64,000 nt of DNA from an uncultured Candidatus Saccharibacteria bacterium. Its GTDB lineage: Bacteria; Patescibacteriota; Minisyncoccia; Phycocordibacterales; Zambryskibacteraceae. A program made the position numbers and the translations under genes. How positions within the stretch are numbered: position 1 is the first letter of the stretch; every line of letters begins with the position of its first letter. Shown here one piece after another: positions 1 to 9,461 of this stretch. Location of the stretch: the NCBI GenBank assembly GCA_964642835.1, contig CAZXQA010000001.1:132314-196313 (forward strand), written 5' to 3'. Below the pieces are notes generated by a model. The model saw only the letters and a program-made list of their open reading frames with translations, was not told where the DNA came from and did no database searches.

Positions 1-331
1 TAATCTCGTGGAAGACGATGCGCTTGGCGCTCTTGAGACCAGCGGCTTCGCGGACGTGCCAGGCGATTGCCTCTCCTTCGCGGTCGGGGTCGGAAGCGAG
101 GAAGATTTCGTCGGCTTTCTTGGCCAGGGCTTTAATGTCGGCGATGACACTCTCTTTGCCTTTGGAAATTTCGTAGTGGGGGATGAAGCCGCCTGGGATA
201 TCGATGGCGGCCTTGTTGCTCTTCGGCAAATCACGCACGTGACCGACGGAAGCCACGACGCGGTACTCTTTGCCCAAATATTTTTCGATCGTTTTCGCCT
301 TCGACGGCGACTCGACAATTAAGAGCTTCAT
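1..331 (-). CDS. topA: DNA topoisomerase I (TopA), N-terminal TOPRIM part; partial, continues beyond window start
   Basis: Reverse-strand translation from ATG at 331-329 reads [36 protein letters not shown], the canonical TopA N-terminus. The listed + strand ORF 8..322 is its shadow. Confidence 0.85.
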   Translation of the reverse strand, partial: MKLLIVESPSKAKTIEKYLGKEYRVVASVGHVRDLPKSNKAAIDIPGGFIPHYEISKGKESVIADIKALAKKADEIFLASDPDREGEAIAWHVREAAGLKSAKRIVFHEI

Positions 332-378
332 TAGGGTTAACAAATAGCACGGTAAATTTTTAAACGCAAATTATTTTG

Positions 379-759
379 ACCTCACCCGGCCTTTCGGCCA
401 CCCTCTCCTAGGCGCAAGGAGAGGGTTGAAGCAATCCGCTCAATTACAACACTTACATCGTCGCGTATTTCCTCATTTTTAATTCTCAGAGTTTCGTATC
501 CGAGTTGTTTGAAATATCTATCTCTGTCTCGGTCATATTCCTTACGAAGGTTGTGAGATTTCCCATCAAGTTCGATAATCAGTCTCGCTTGAAAGCAGTA
601 GAAGTCCAGAATAAACCCTCCAAAACTGTGCTGACGTCTGAATCGAACACGGAATACTTTCTTCCTAAGAGCCTGCCACAATAACTCTTCCTCGCGGGTT
701 TGATTCTGACGCAGATCTCTTCTTCGTTGGATAAACTTCTTGTGGTTATGGATTTTCAT
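379..759 (-). CDS. DUF559 endonuclease-domain protein (Vsr-like fold)
   Basis: 125 aa, pattern HNHKKFIQRRRDLRQNQTREEELLWQALR...FRRQHSFGGFILDFYC...LIIELDG typical of DUF559 proteins. The C-terminal residues are encoded inside flanking hairpins. Confidence 0.65.
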
Positions 760-824
760 ATGTTCCCCTCTCCTTACGTCTAGGAGAGGGGTAGGGGTGA
801 GGTGTTGAAGTGTTGGTGAGGTGT

Positions 825-1685
825 TTAAAATGTTCTCCTCACCTCTCCCATCTCCTCCACTATTAATCCTTTAATCTCTAAGAGCGAAAGGATGGCGCTG
901 GCTGTCCCTGTTTCGAGTTTGCTTTTGCGGATCAACTCGCTTCTCTCCATAGGATTTTCGAGTAAGGTGAGGAACACTTTTTCCTCGGGTGTCGCGTCCT
1001 CTATATCCATAAGGGTGGGCGGAGCGTCTTTGCGCGGAAGGCCGAGGAGTTCGAGAAGGTCGTTGGTATCGCGGATAAGCGCGGCGCCGAGACGGATGAG
1101 CATGTGGGGACCTTCGGACGTCGGTGAGTGAAGAGGACCAGGAATAGCGCCAACTTCGCGGTTGTAGTCGGTGGCGAGGCGCGAGGTAATAAGCGTGCCG
1201 GATTTCTGCTCGGCTTCGATGACGAGCGTTGCGTGGCACATGCCGGCGATGAGTCGGTTGCGTCGCGGGAAGGCCCACGGCCCACTTGGCATGAGGTCAT
1301 CGTATTCGGAAAGGAGCCCGCCACCAGCCGCGACGATCTCGTCGGCCAGGGTCGCGTGCGAGCGAGGGTGAATGACGGAGCGGTCGAGCCCTGACCCAGG
1401 GAGAGCGATCGTCTGCAAACCGGCTTTGATAGCACTCCTGTGGGCAATGGAGTCGATCCCCAAGGCTAAGCCCGAGACAATCACTACTGGTTCGCCCGCG
1501 AGTCCGTGGATAAGGGCTTCGCAGATCTCGCGGCCGTACGGAGAGAACTTACGAGCCCCGACGACGGCGAGGAGTTTATGTCCAGGGTGCGGCAGGGTCC
1601 CCTCACAGCGTAGCTGGGCGGGGAGCATAGGGATCTCAGTTAAGAGAGGTGGGTATTCAACTGGTGATAAGGCGCGAATTGGCAT
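825..1685 (-). CDS. dprA: DNA processing protein DprA/Smf
   Basis: 286 aa. Rossmann-like DprA core (LLAVVGARKFSPYGREI, VIVSGLALGIDSIAHRSA, NRLIAGMCHATLVIEA) plus C-terminal winged-helix-like region. Confidence 0.9.
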   Translation of the reverse strand: MPIRALSPVEYPPLLTEIPMLPAQLRCEGTLPHPGHKLLAVVGARKFSPYGREICEALIHGLAGEPVVIVSGLALGIDSIAHRSAIKAGLQTIALPGSGLDRSVIHPRSHATLADEIVAAGGGLLSEYDDLMPSGPWAFPRRNRLIAGMCHATLVIEAEQKSGTLITSRLATDYNREVGAIPGPLHSPTSEGPHMLIRLGAALIRDTNDLLELLGLPRKDAPPTLMDIEDATPEEKVFLTLLENPMERSELIRKSKLETGTASAILSLLEIKGLIVEEMGEVRRTF

Positions 1686-1733
1686 AGTGTTGTATAATTC
1701 TAAAAAATCGGAGATTAAGAAAAGTTAAAGAAT

Positions 1734-2972
1734 ATGTTGGATATCAAATTCATCAGGGAGAATAAGGAGCTCATTAAGGAAGCTGCTCGGAAAAAGCACA
1801 TCGAATTCGATGTGGAGCGTCTGGTGGCCGTCGATGACAAGCGAAAAGAATTAACTCAAAAAATCGATGACAAGAACCGCGAGAGAAAGGAGGCCGCTGA
1901 TACTCGCGATATTGAATTAGGGAAGAGAATTAAAGGAGAACTCGACGAACTTGAAACCGCTCAGAAAGAAGTGATGCCTGAATGGCAGTCACTGATGATT
2001 CAGGTGCCAAATATTCCTGACATTTCAGTGCCGGAAGGCGAGACGGACGCGGATAATCAGGAAATTAAAAAATGGGGTGAAATCAGATCATTCGACTTTG
2101 CGCCTAAGTCGCACATTGAACTTATGACCGCGCTCGATATGGTGGACTTCGAACGAGGAACGAAAGTTTCCGGTTTCCGCGGCTACTTCCTCAAAGGCAA
2201 GGGTGTCGAGCTCCAGTTCGCTTTATGGAACTTCACGCGAGACTTCTTTGCTCGCAAGGGAGGATTCGTGCCGATGATCGTACCGTCTCTCGTGCGTCGC
2301 GAATCTCTTATTGGTACAGGGATGATTCCGCAGAGTGAAGAAGATCTCTACAAAACTCAAGATGGCGAATACCTGGCAGGCACGGGTGAAGTGGCTACGA
2401 TGGGCTACTATATGAATGAAGTGCTTGAACGCTCAGAATTCCCGAAGAAGTTCTTAGCTTTCTCTCCATGTTTTCGCCGTGAGGCTGGTTCTTACTCTAA
2501 AGATACAAAGGGTCTTATTCGAGTCCATGAATTCTATAAGATGGAACAGGTTGTGTTGTGTGAGGCGAGCCATGAAGAGTCGGTTAAGTATCACGAAGAG
2601 CTCGAACGCAATACAGAAGAGCTCACAGAAGCTCTAGGTCTTCCATATCATGTAGTGGTGAATTGTGCGGGGGATCTTGGATTAGGCCAGGTGAAGAAAT
2701 ACGACATCGAAGTCTGGATGCCTTCTGAGGGCAAGTACCGCGAAACTGGCTCGTGCTCATATTTCCATGATTTCCAGACAAGGAGACTCAATATCCGTTA
2801 CAAAGATGCCGAGGGGAAGCTCAAATTCGCCCACTCTCTCAACAACACAGCTCTCTCAGGTCGCCCTCTTATCGCCATTATCGAGAACTATCAGCAGGCT
2901 GACGGCTCTGTGAAGATTCCAGACGTGCTCGTGCCGTACATGAACGGGCTCACCGAGATTAAGGCCAACTAA
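1734..2972 (+). CDS. serS: seryl-tRNA synthetase
   Basis: 412 aa. N-terminal coiled-coil tRNA-binding arm, class II motifs (FRREAGSYSKDTKGLIRVHEF, GDLGLGQVKKYDIEVWMP). Confidence 0.95.
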   Translation: MLDIKFIRENKELIKEAARKKHIEFDVERLVAVDDKRKELTQKIDDKNRERKEAADTRDIELGKRIKGELDELETAQKEVMPEWQSLMIQVPNIPDISVPEGETDADNQEIKKWGEIRSFDFAPKSHIELMTALDMVDFERGTKVSGFRGYFLKGKGVELQFALWNFTRDFFARKGGFVPMIVPSLVRRESLIGTGMIPQSEEDLYKTQDGEYLAGTGEVATMGYYMNEVLERSEFPKKFLAFSPCFRREAGSYSKDTKGLIRVHEFYKMEQVVLCEASHEESVKYHEELERNTEELTEALGLPYHVVVNCAGDLGLGQVKKYDIEVWMPSEGKYRETGSCSYFHDFQTRRLNIRYKDAEGKLKFAHSLNNTALSGRPLIAIIENYQQADGSVKIPDVLVPYMNGLTEIKAN

Positions 2973-2976
2973 GGCG

Positions 2977-3801
2977 ATGAAGATCGTTTCTAAGGGCAAC
3001 ACGATTTCGACTCCGGAATTCCGCACGAAGAAGATGAAGGCGCGTCGCAAGCGCACCACTCTTCTCGGCGGTGCTGCTGCCCTCATCCTCGTGGGGATTA
3101 TCGCCCTTCTCCATCTTGAGAGTTTGCGAATTCACACGGTCACAGTGACGGGCGCCGCCGCCACAGGGGCGGAGACGATCGAGACTCTCGTGAGAGAAAA
3201 GATCGCCGGAAGTTATCTCTGGCTCTTCCCGAAGAACAGCACCTTTCTCTATCCGCACGGTGCCATCGAAGCGGAAATTCTCACGACCTTCCCACGATTG
3301 AGCGTGGCCACTGTTTCCCTCGACGGGTTCTCGGCTCTCAGGGTGGAAGTGACGGAGCGTCAGCCTTTCGCGCTCTCGTGCGCCGAGACCTGCGCCTTCC
3401 TCGACGAGTCGGGCTTTATTTTCGACGAGGCGCCCATGTTCTCAGATGGTGTCTACTTTATATATAGAGACAAGCGGAGCGAGCCTGCTCGACTCGGCGC
3501 CCCGCTCCTTCCTCCTGACGTCTTCAAGAACGTGGCGGCCTTCGTGCGCAAGATCGCGAACCTCAATATAATGCCGGTCTCGCTTACGGTGGGAGAAAAT
3601 TATAACGAACTTCTTCTCGCGGCCGGCGGCGTGTTGGTGTGGCGCGGCGAAGCCGATGTGGCGGGAGTGTATGCGGACCTCGCTGCTTTCTTGGGAAGCG
3701 AGGCCATTCGCGCGGAGAAAGATTTCTGGAGTCGAGTGGCTCAGGTGGATCTGAGGACCCCAAATAAGGTATTTTATACGTTCAAGGAACGTGAGGAGTA
3801 G
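2977..3801 (+). CDS. ftsQ: cell division protein FtsQ/DivIB-like (POTRA domain, N-terminal TM anchor)
   Basis: 274 aa. Basic N-terminus, one TM helix, POTRA-like block IHTVTVTGAA...VSLDGFSALRVEVTERQPFA. Starts 4 nt after the serS stop. Confidence 0.55.
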   Translation: MKIVSKGNTISTPEFRTKKMKARRKRTTLLGGAAALILVGIIALLHLESLRIHTVTVTGAAATGAETIETLVREKIAGSYLWLFPKNSTFLYPHGAIEAEILTTFPRLSVATVSLDGFSALRVEVTERQPFALSCAETCAFLDESGFIFDEAPMFSDGVYFIYRDKRSEPARLGAPLLPPDVFKNVAAFVRKIANLNIMPVSLTVGENYNELLLAAGGVLVWRGEADVAGVYADLAAFLGSEAIRAEKDFWSRVAQVDLRTPNKVFYTFKEREE

Positions 3802-3813
3802 CGAGTAGAAGAG

Positions 3814-4794
3814 ATGCAGAAAAATTTCTGGAATACATTACAAAAGCCAATCTTTGTCTTGGCGCCGATGGCCGATGTCACCGACGCGGCCTTTCGCCGT
3901 CTTATCGCGAGCAAGGGTAAGCCAGATGTGATGTGGACGGAGTTCGTCTCTGCTGACGGTCTCGCCCGCGCGCCCGAAGAGGGGAGGAAGAAGTTACTTC
4001 TTGATCTGCTCTACACCGAGGAGGAGCGACCGATCGTCGCGCAATTCTTTACCTCCAATCCCGACCATACGCGCGAGGCGGCTTCTCTGGCCAAGGATCT
4101 CGGCTTCGATGGCGTGGACATCAACATGGGTTGCCCCGATAAATCGATCGAGAAGCAAGGGGCGGGAGCGGCGATGATGAAGAACCCGGCGCTCGCTCGC
4201 GCAATCATTCACGCCGCTAAGGAGGGTGCTCGCGGCTTGCCCGTCTCCGTGAAGACGAGAATCGGCTACAACAAAGTAGAACTCGAAACATGGCTGCCGG
4301 AAATCTTGAAGGAAGAACCGGCTGTCGTGACGATCCACGCGCGCACTCGCAAGGAAATGTCGAAGGTAGTCGCCCGCTGGGAGTACGTGCGACGTGCCGT
4401 CGAGATCAGGAACGAGATGAAGAGTGAGACGCTTATCTTTGGCAATGGTGACGCGCTCGATCTCTCAGACGCGAGAGAGAAGGTGCGAGAGACGGGGTGC
4501 GACGGCGTCATGCTCGGCCGAGCCATCTTTGGTAACCCGTGGTTGTTCAAAGAAGGATACGCGCCATCTATGGAAGAGAAGCTCCTAACGCTCGCGGAGC
4601 ATATTGAACTTTTCGATACCTTGCTTGGACACGAGAAGAGCTTCGCCATTATGAAGAAGCATTTCAAAGCGTATGTAAAAGATTTCGAGGGGGCAGTGGA
4701 TCTCCGTGCGGCTCTTATGGCCTGCGAAGATGCGGCTGGAGCGGTTCAAACTATCCAAGAATATTTAAAGAAAGAAAAGAGCGCGGTCGTGTAA
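3814..4794 (+). CDS. dus: tRNA-dihydrouridine synthase
   Basis: 326 aa. FVLAPMADVTDAAFRRL, DGVDINMGCP, TIHARTR motifs of the Dus TIM-barrel flavoenzymes. Confidence 0.85.
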   Translation: MQKNFWNTLQKPIFVLAPMADVTDAAFRRLIASKGKPDVMWTEFVSADGLARAPEEGRKKLLLDLLYTEEERPIVAQFFTSNPDHTREAASLAKDLGFDGVDINMGCPDKSIEKQGAGAAMMKNPALARAIIHAAKEGARGLPVSVKTRIGYNKVELETWLPEILKEEPAVVTIHARTRKEMSKVVARWEYVRRAVEIRNEMKSETLIFGNGDALDLSDAREKVRETGCDGVMLGRAIFGNPWLFKEGYAPSMEEKLLTLAEHIELFDTLLGHEKSFAIMKKHFKAYVKDFEGAVDLRAALMACEDAAGAVQTIQEYLKKEKSAVV

Positions 4795-4909
4795 GGAAGC
4801 TTGACATTTCCCGTCGTTTGTGATAGGAAATAGGGCAGTAAAGCCTTGTTCTTTGAGGCTTAGAAGCATTCAACGACCTGTCACAGGGTCATTTCTGGAG
4901 GGCATGCTA

Positions 4910-6481
4910 ATGCTCGGACGTGTATATCTCGCGGGGGCAATTGGTGCCCTCATTCTGCTGACTTCGGTCGGTTGCAACAAGAACACGGCGACGGCCATTG
5001 CCAACGCTTCGGTCAACGTCACGGGACCCAACACGGCTGTCACGGGGATCTCAATCGATCCCAACTCGGATCAGAACCTGATCCGAGAATCCCAAAACGG
5101 GATTTGCATCGCAAGGAAAACCTTTGTGGTGAAAGTGCTCCCTGACGGCGGCGGCTATTCGTCCTCGATCTTGCCCTCAACAGGGGCAACGTTCGCGGCC
5201 GGGGAGTTCGCAGCGACCGTGAACGGAACATATGTTCTCACGGTCTCGACCCCTGGCAACGAATACAAAGCCAGTGTCAGGATTAACGTCACTGGCGATT
5301 GCGGCGGCGGAAACGGAGAAAATCCGAATCCACCAACGAACCCACCAACCAACCCGCCTCAGGTGCCGGCAGCAACTGCCGCGCTCACAGCCTCTCCCTC
5401 AACGATCAACGTGGGGCAGGGATCTGACCTGACGTGGAGTTCTGCAAATGCGGGCTACTGTTCCTGGATCCAGGGTCTCTCCGGAGATGTTGGAAGCTCG
5501 GGCACCGTGCGGGTGACGCCAGGTGTTACCACGAACTACAGGATCCGATGTTTCGGATCTGGCGGCTCGGGTGATGCTCCTGCGACGGTGACGGTGAACG
5601 GACAGCCTCCGCCCCCGTCGACGGTGACTTCAATCATTGTGACACCAGCGAACGCGACGATCGCGTTGTCTGGCACACCCGGCTCCTGCTCTGCTTCACA
5701 GCAGTTCAGTGCCACGGTGTACGGAACGGGTTCGTACTCGTCTGCAGTTACGTGGTCAGCATCCGGTGGGAGCATCAGCTCTTCCGGAGTCTTCACGCCT
5801 ACGGCGGTGGGTACCTACATCATCACGGCTCGATCAGTGCAAAACCCGGCAGTATCGGGTATCACACAGATCACTGTCACTGCTGGTTCCTGTGTCACGC
5901 CACCAAGCGTTGTTTCTATCTCTGTGCAACCGAAGACGTTTACGTGCGTCGTCGGCGGTGAGTTCACTCTCGGTGCCAATGTTACTGTAACGGCGGGAAG
6001 CAATCTTTCCACCGCCGTAACATGGTCGCTCTCAGACCAGACTGTCGCTTCACTTAGAAGCACTACTCAAAATCAGGCAGTGTTCAATTGTCTGAAGGTG
6101 GGTACGGTCACAGCAACGGCACGGGCAATGGCAGATCCGTCGAAATCGGATTCCGCCACGGGCACGGTGACGCCTAACGGACCCCAGTGCACGTTTACCC
6201 CCAGCATTGCTCCGCAGCCTGACGGGAAAACGTTCATCATCAATACAGGACAGACCTTTACGGGTACTGCGTCTTGCACGGGTGGAAATGGGTTGCCCGC
6301 GGGGTACTCCTCGGATCCTTCGCGGGTCGGCATTACGGGAAATCAGCCTACGGGTGGTATCTACCAGACCGGTACGGTATTCACCATCAAGGGGCTTTTC
6401 ACCGGCCAGGCCACCGTAGGGATCCAGGCCTCACTCACGCAAACCAGTCCGTCAGTCTCGTGGACTGTCATTGTGAAGTAA
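4910..6481 (+). CDS. secreted/lipoprotein-like surface protein with bacterial Ig-like (Big_2-type) repeats
   Basis: Signal peptide with a possible lipobox (LLTSVGC), PTNPPTNPP tandem motif, several about 90-aa repeats containing ITVTA.../VTWS... Start uncertain (ATG 4904 or 4910; GGAGGG box at 4897-4902). Confidence 0.55.
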   Translation: MLGRVYLAGAIGALILLTSVGCNKNTATAIANASVNVTGPNTAVTGISIDPNSDQNLIRESQNGICIARKTFVVKVLPDGGGYSSSILPSTGATFAAGEFAATVNGTYVLTVSTPGNEYKASVRINVTGDCGGGNGENPNPPTNPPTNPPQVPAATAALTASPSTINVGQGSDLTWSSANAGYCSWIQGLSGDVGSSGTVRVTPGVTTNYRIRCFGSGGSGDAPATVTVNGQPPPPSTVTSIIVTPANATIALSGTPGSCSASQQFSATVYGTGSYSSAVTWSASGGSISSSGVFTPTAVGTYIITARSVQNPAVSGITQITVTAGSCVTPPSVVSISVQPKTFTCVVGGEFTLGANVTVTAGSNLSTAVTWSLSDQTVASLRSTTQNQAVFNCLKVGTVTATARAMADPSKSDSATGTVTPNGPQCTFTPSIAPQPDGKTFIINTGQTFTGTASCTGGNGLPAGYSSDPSRVGITGNQPTGGIYQTGTVFTIKGLFTGQATVGIQASLTQTSPSVSWTVIVK

Positions 6482-6549
6482 GCAAGTTCTTTCGAACACG
6501 CACCCGTTCAGCTACATGCTGGGCGGGTGTTTTTTGTTGTTCTGGTATA

Positions 6550-7608
6550 ATGCTCTCAATGGTAAAACAGGAGAGTAAAAGTGAAGGGGTGCTTTACCGG
6601 AAGTACCGGCCGCAAACCTTCGAGGATGTGATCGGTCAGGACCATATTGTGAAGGTCTTGAAGGGCGCTATCGCGCTCGGTAACGTTGCCCACGCCTATC
6701 TCTTCTCCGGGACGCGCGGTACGGGGAAGACCTCGATGGCTCGCATTCTTGCCCGCGCTATTGGCACCTCGGCCAATGACCTCACCGAGATGGACGCCGC
6801 GTCGAACCGTGGGATCGACGATGTCCGTGAGATTCGCGACTCGGTGAATACCTTGCCGTTCGAAAGTAAGTATAAGGTTTACATTATCGACGAGGTGCAC
6901 ATGCTCACGAAGGATGCTTGGAACGCGTTTCTGAAGACCTTGGAGGAACCGCCGGCGCATGTTGTCTTTATTCTCGCGACCACCGAGCTTGAGAAGGTGC
7001 CGGAGACCGTGGTCTCACGCTGCCAGACCTTCACCTTCAAGTCACCGAACCTCGCGACCCTTAAGGACTTCGCGCTCGCTATTGCAAAGAAAGAGGGCGC
7101 GACGCTTGAACCAGCGGCAGCTGAACTCGTGGCGCTTCTCGGAGATGGATCCTTCCGCGACACGCACGGGATCTTGGAGAAGATTGTGAGCTCAACGGCC
7201 GAGAAGACCATCACCCGCGCAGATGTTGAGGTGGTGACTGGCGCGCCGAAGGCCGAGCTTGTCTCCGCGATTCTGGAAGCAGTAGTGGGGAAGGACTTCG
7301 CGAAGGGCGCCGCCGCCGTCCAGGCGGCGGCGCAGGCGAACGCGGACATGAAGCTCTTTGCCAAACTCATTCTCGAGCGACTCCGCTTCCTCTTCCTCCT
7401 GCGTCTCAAGGCGGGGATGGAGGATTATATTTCCAAACAAATTTCCGAAGACGATTTCTCTTTCTTAAAGACGCTTGCCGCCAAGGCCGGCCCCCATCTT
7501 ACCTCGGAGACTCTCATCCGATTTATCGAAGCGTACGAAAATTCCGGCCGCACCTCGATCCCCGAACTCGCTCTCGAGATTGCGTTAGCAGATTCCACCC
7601 AGAAGTAA
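6550..7608 (+). CDS. dnaX: DNA polymerase III subunit gamma/tau (short form)
   Basis: YRKYRPQTFEDVIGQ, GTRGTGKTS Walker A, DEVHML Walker B, SRCQTF sensor. Start could be 6550, 6559 or 6589. Upstream TGGTATAAT at 6544-6552. The ORF-track extension back to 6274 is not coding. Confidence 0.85.
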   Translation: MLSMVKQESKSEGVLYRKYRPQTFEDVIGQDHIVKVLKGAIALGNVAHAYLFSGTRGTGKTSMARILARAIGTSANDLTEMDAASNRGIDDVREIRDSVNTLPFESKYKVYIIDEVHMLTKDAWNAFLKTLEEPPAHVVFILATTELEKVPETVVSRCQTFTFKSPNLATLKDFALAIAKKEGATLEPAAAELVALLGDGSFRDTHGILEKIVSSTAEKTITRADVEVVTGAPKAELVSAILEAVVGKDFAKGAAAVQAAAQANADMKLFAKLILERLRFLFLLRLKAGMEDYISKQISEDDFSFLKTLAAKAGPHLTSETLIRFIEAYENSGRTSIPELALEIALADSTQK

Positions 7609-7609
7609 C

Positions 7610-8872
7610 GTGTCTTCCTCTTCACCAGATTGGGACGTCATTGTCGTCGGCGGTGGACCGGCGGGGATGATGGCGGCCGGACGAGCAGCCGAGCGCGGGG
7701 GCAAGGTACTTCTTCTCGAGAAGAATCGTGGCTTGGGCAAGAAGCTTCTTATTACCGGTGGTGGACGATGCAACGTGACGAACGCCGAGCCCGACGTGCG
7801 CAAACTCCTCGCGCGTTTTAAGGAAAGTACGGAGTATCTCTTCTCCGCGTTCTCGCAGTGGGGTGTGAAAGAAACGCTTGCCTTCTTTAACGACCGAGGG
7901 ATGGAGACCAAGGTGGAGAACGAGCAGAGAGTTTTCCCGGTCAGTAACTCCGCTCAGTCGGTTTGGGACGTCGTCGTGGGATACATGAAGAAGCATGGCG
8001 TTGCTGTGGAGTCCGGAGCCGCGGTGGCAGGTCTTGTAACAGATGAGGGTAAGGTGACCGGTGTGGCGCTTAAAGACAAAAGAGTGCTCCAGGCTCACTC
8101 CGTTATCCTCGCGACAGGTGGCATCTCGCACCCGGAGACTGGCTCGACCGGGGACGGCTTCCGTTGGCTTAAGGAGATCGGGCATACGGTGAAGCGGCCA
8201 GAAGCTTCGCTCGTGCCTATTGCCGTCCTGGAGCCCTGGGTGGCTCGTGTGGCGGGTCTTACGCTACCAGAGGTAAAGATCACTGTTCTCCATGAAGGGG
8301 TGAAGCAAGAGAAGGTGGCAGGGAAGATCCTTTTCACTCACGTGGGCTTGAGTGGGCCGACTATTTTGAATCTGAGCCGGAGCGTGGGAGAGCTCTTGAA
8401 GTATGGCAAGGTTACTCTCTCACTCGACGTTGCGCCCACCATGGACTATGGCGTTTTGAACCTGAAGCTCCAAGAAATTTTTGCCATAGAAGATAAGAAA
8501 AAGTTTAAAAACTCTCTTTCCTCACTCGTGCCCTCGTCACTTGCTCCGGTTATCATCATGCTCTCCGGCATCGATCCCGACAAGCAGTGCAACGGCGTCA
8601 CTCGCGAAGAGCGCTTGAAGCTCGTGACGCTCTTGAAGCACTTGGACCTTACCGTCGCGGGTCTCTTGGGGGAAGACAAGGCCATTACCACCTCGGGCGG
8701 CATCTCTCTCGACGAGGTCGACTTTAGAACCATGCGTTCGCGTCTGTTCCCGAATCTCTATGTCGTGGGGGACGTCCTCAATATCGACCGTCCTTCTGGT
8801 GGCTATAGCTTGCAGTTGTGTTGGACCACTGGCTTTGTGGCGGGCAATGCCGTCCCTGTGGACAAAGGATAA
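7610..8872 (+). CDS. HI0933-like FAD-dependent oxidoreductase (BaiN / aminoacetone-oxidase family flavoprotein)
   Basis: GTG start. DVIVVGGGPAGMMAA dinucleotide-binding motif, ITGGGRCNVTN family signature, C-terminal GD...LNIDRPSGGY. Confidence 0.8.
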   Translation: MSSSSPDWDVIVVGGGPAGMMAAGRAAERGGKVLLLEKNRGLGKKLLITGGGRCNVTNAEPDVRKLLARFKESTEYLFSAFSQWGVKETLAFFNDRGMETKVENEQRVFPVSNSAQSVWDVVVGYMKKHGVAVESGAAVAGLVTDEGKVTGVALKDKRVLQAHSVILATGGISHPETGSTGDGFRWLKEIGHTVKRPEASLVPIAVLEPWVARVAGLTLPEVKITVLHEGVKQEKVAGKILFTHVGLSGPTILNLSRSVGELLKYGKVTLSLDVAPTMDYGVLNLKLQEIFAIEDKKKFKNSLSSLVPSSLAPVIIMLSGIDPDKQCNGVTREERLKLVTLLKHLDLTVAGLLGEDKAITTSGGISLDEVDFRTMRSRLFPNLYVVGDVLNIDRPSGGYSLQLCWTTGFVAGNAVPVDKG

Positions 8873-8956
8873 TCCTTTGCACGATTAGCATTTCTTGCCC
8901 AACTACGTGATAATGGTCGGGTGAAGTTTATTCAGTAACTCGTAACTCTTACACAC

Positions 8957-9178
8957 ATGAAGACAATGACCTGCGCTCAGATGGGTGGAGCTTGTGACGC
9001 CGCTATCACTGGCAGCACCAAGGAAGAAATGCTCGCAAATGGCATGAAGCACCTTGAAGAGGCTCATCCGGAAATGGCCGCCGACGTGAAGGCTACTCCG
9101 ATGGATGATCCGAAGATGATTGAGTGGAATCAGAAGTTTGAAGCAGACTTCGCCGCCGCTCCTGAAGCAGCAATGTAA
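8957..9178 (+). CDS. DUF1059 small metal-binding protein
   Basis: 73 aa, MKTMTCAQMGGACDAAITGSTKEEMLANGMKHL matches the DUF1059 pattern. Followed by a hairpin plus T-run. Confidence 0.55.
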   Translation: MKTMTCAQMGGACDAAITGSTKEEMLANGMKHLEEAHPEMAADVKATPMDDPKMIEWNQKFEADFAAAPEAAM

Positions 9179-9203
9179 TTCTCTTCGCTTTGGCGAACGT
9201 AAA

Positions 9204-9230
9204 GGCTCCCCACTGGGGAGTTTTTATGTT
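9204..9230 (+). terminator. rho-independent terminator after the DUF1059 gene
   Basis: GGCTCCCCACTGGGGAG followed by TTTTTAT. Confidence 0.5.
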
Positions 9231-9248
9231 ACGTTTATGGAGAAAGAT

Positions 9249-9321
9249 TGCCCGATCGTCTAATGGTAGGACAGAGGCCTTTGAAGCCTTTAATTGGGGT
9301 TCGAATCCCTGTCGGGCAGCA
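9249..9321 (+). tRNA. tRNA-Gln (anticodon UUG)
   Basis: Cloverleaf folded by hand: acceptor TGCCCGA/TCGGGCA with U1-A72 and G73 (Gln identity elements), D-arm GTCT/GGAC, anticodon stem GAGGC/GCCTT with loop CTTTGAA, T-arm TGGGG-TTCGAAT-CCCTG. The 3' CCA is not encoded (gene ends GCA then A). Confidence 0.8.
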
Positions 9322-9375
9322 ACACAAAATTTTACGCATGTCCAGTTAGACATGTGTGAAAATTTTGTTGTCTCT
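9322..9375 (+). terminator. long inverted repeat (hairpin) immediately 3' of tRNA-Gln
   Basis: ACAAAATTTTACGCATGTC...GACATGTGTGAAAATTTTGT, about 19-bp stems. Confidence 0.45.
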
Positions 9376-9461
9376 GCCCAGAAGCGAGCAACATTTTGCT
9401 CGCGCCAGGGATTCGAAAGGATTTTCGTTATTGTGCGAAGCGAAATCGAAAATCACCCGCG

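Noticed and set aside
8-322. 104-aa + strand ORF at the window start
   Set aside because: It is the antisense shadow of the topA N-terminus encoded on the minus strand ([25 protein letters not shown]… from ATG 331-329). No coding features of its own.
871-1447. Several 80-150-aa ORFs in alternative frames inside dprA (871-1278, 1001-1447, 1128-1394 and others)
   Set aside because: Arg/Pro/Ser-rich low-complexity translations typical of off-frame GC-rich DNA. Fully contained in a well-supported gene.
6274-6549. Upstream 92-codon extension of the dnaX ORF
   Set aside because: Overlaps the 3' end of the surface-protein gene. dnaX homology (YRKYRPQ) begins only after the TGGTATAAT box at 6544-6552, so the extension is a read-through artefact of the ORF caller.
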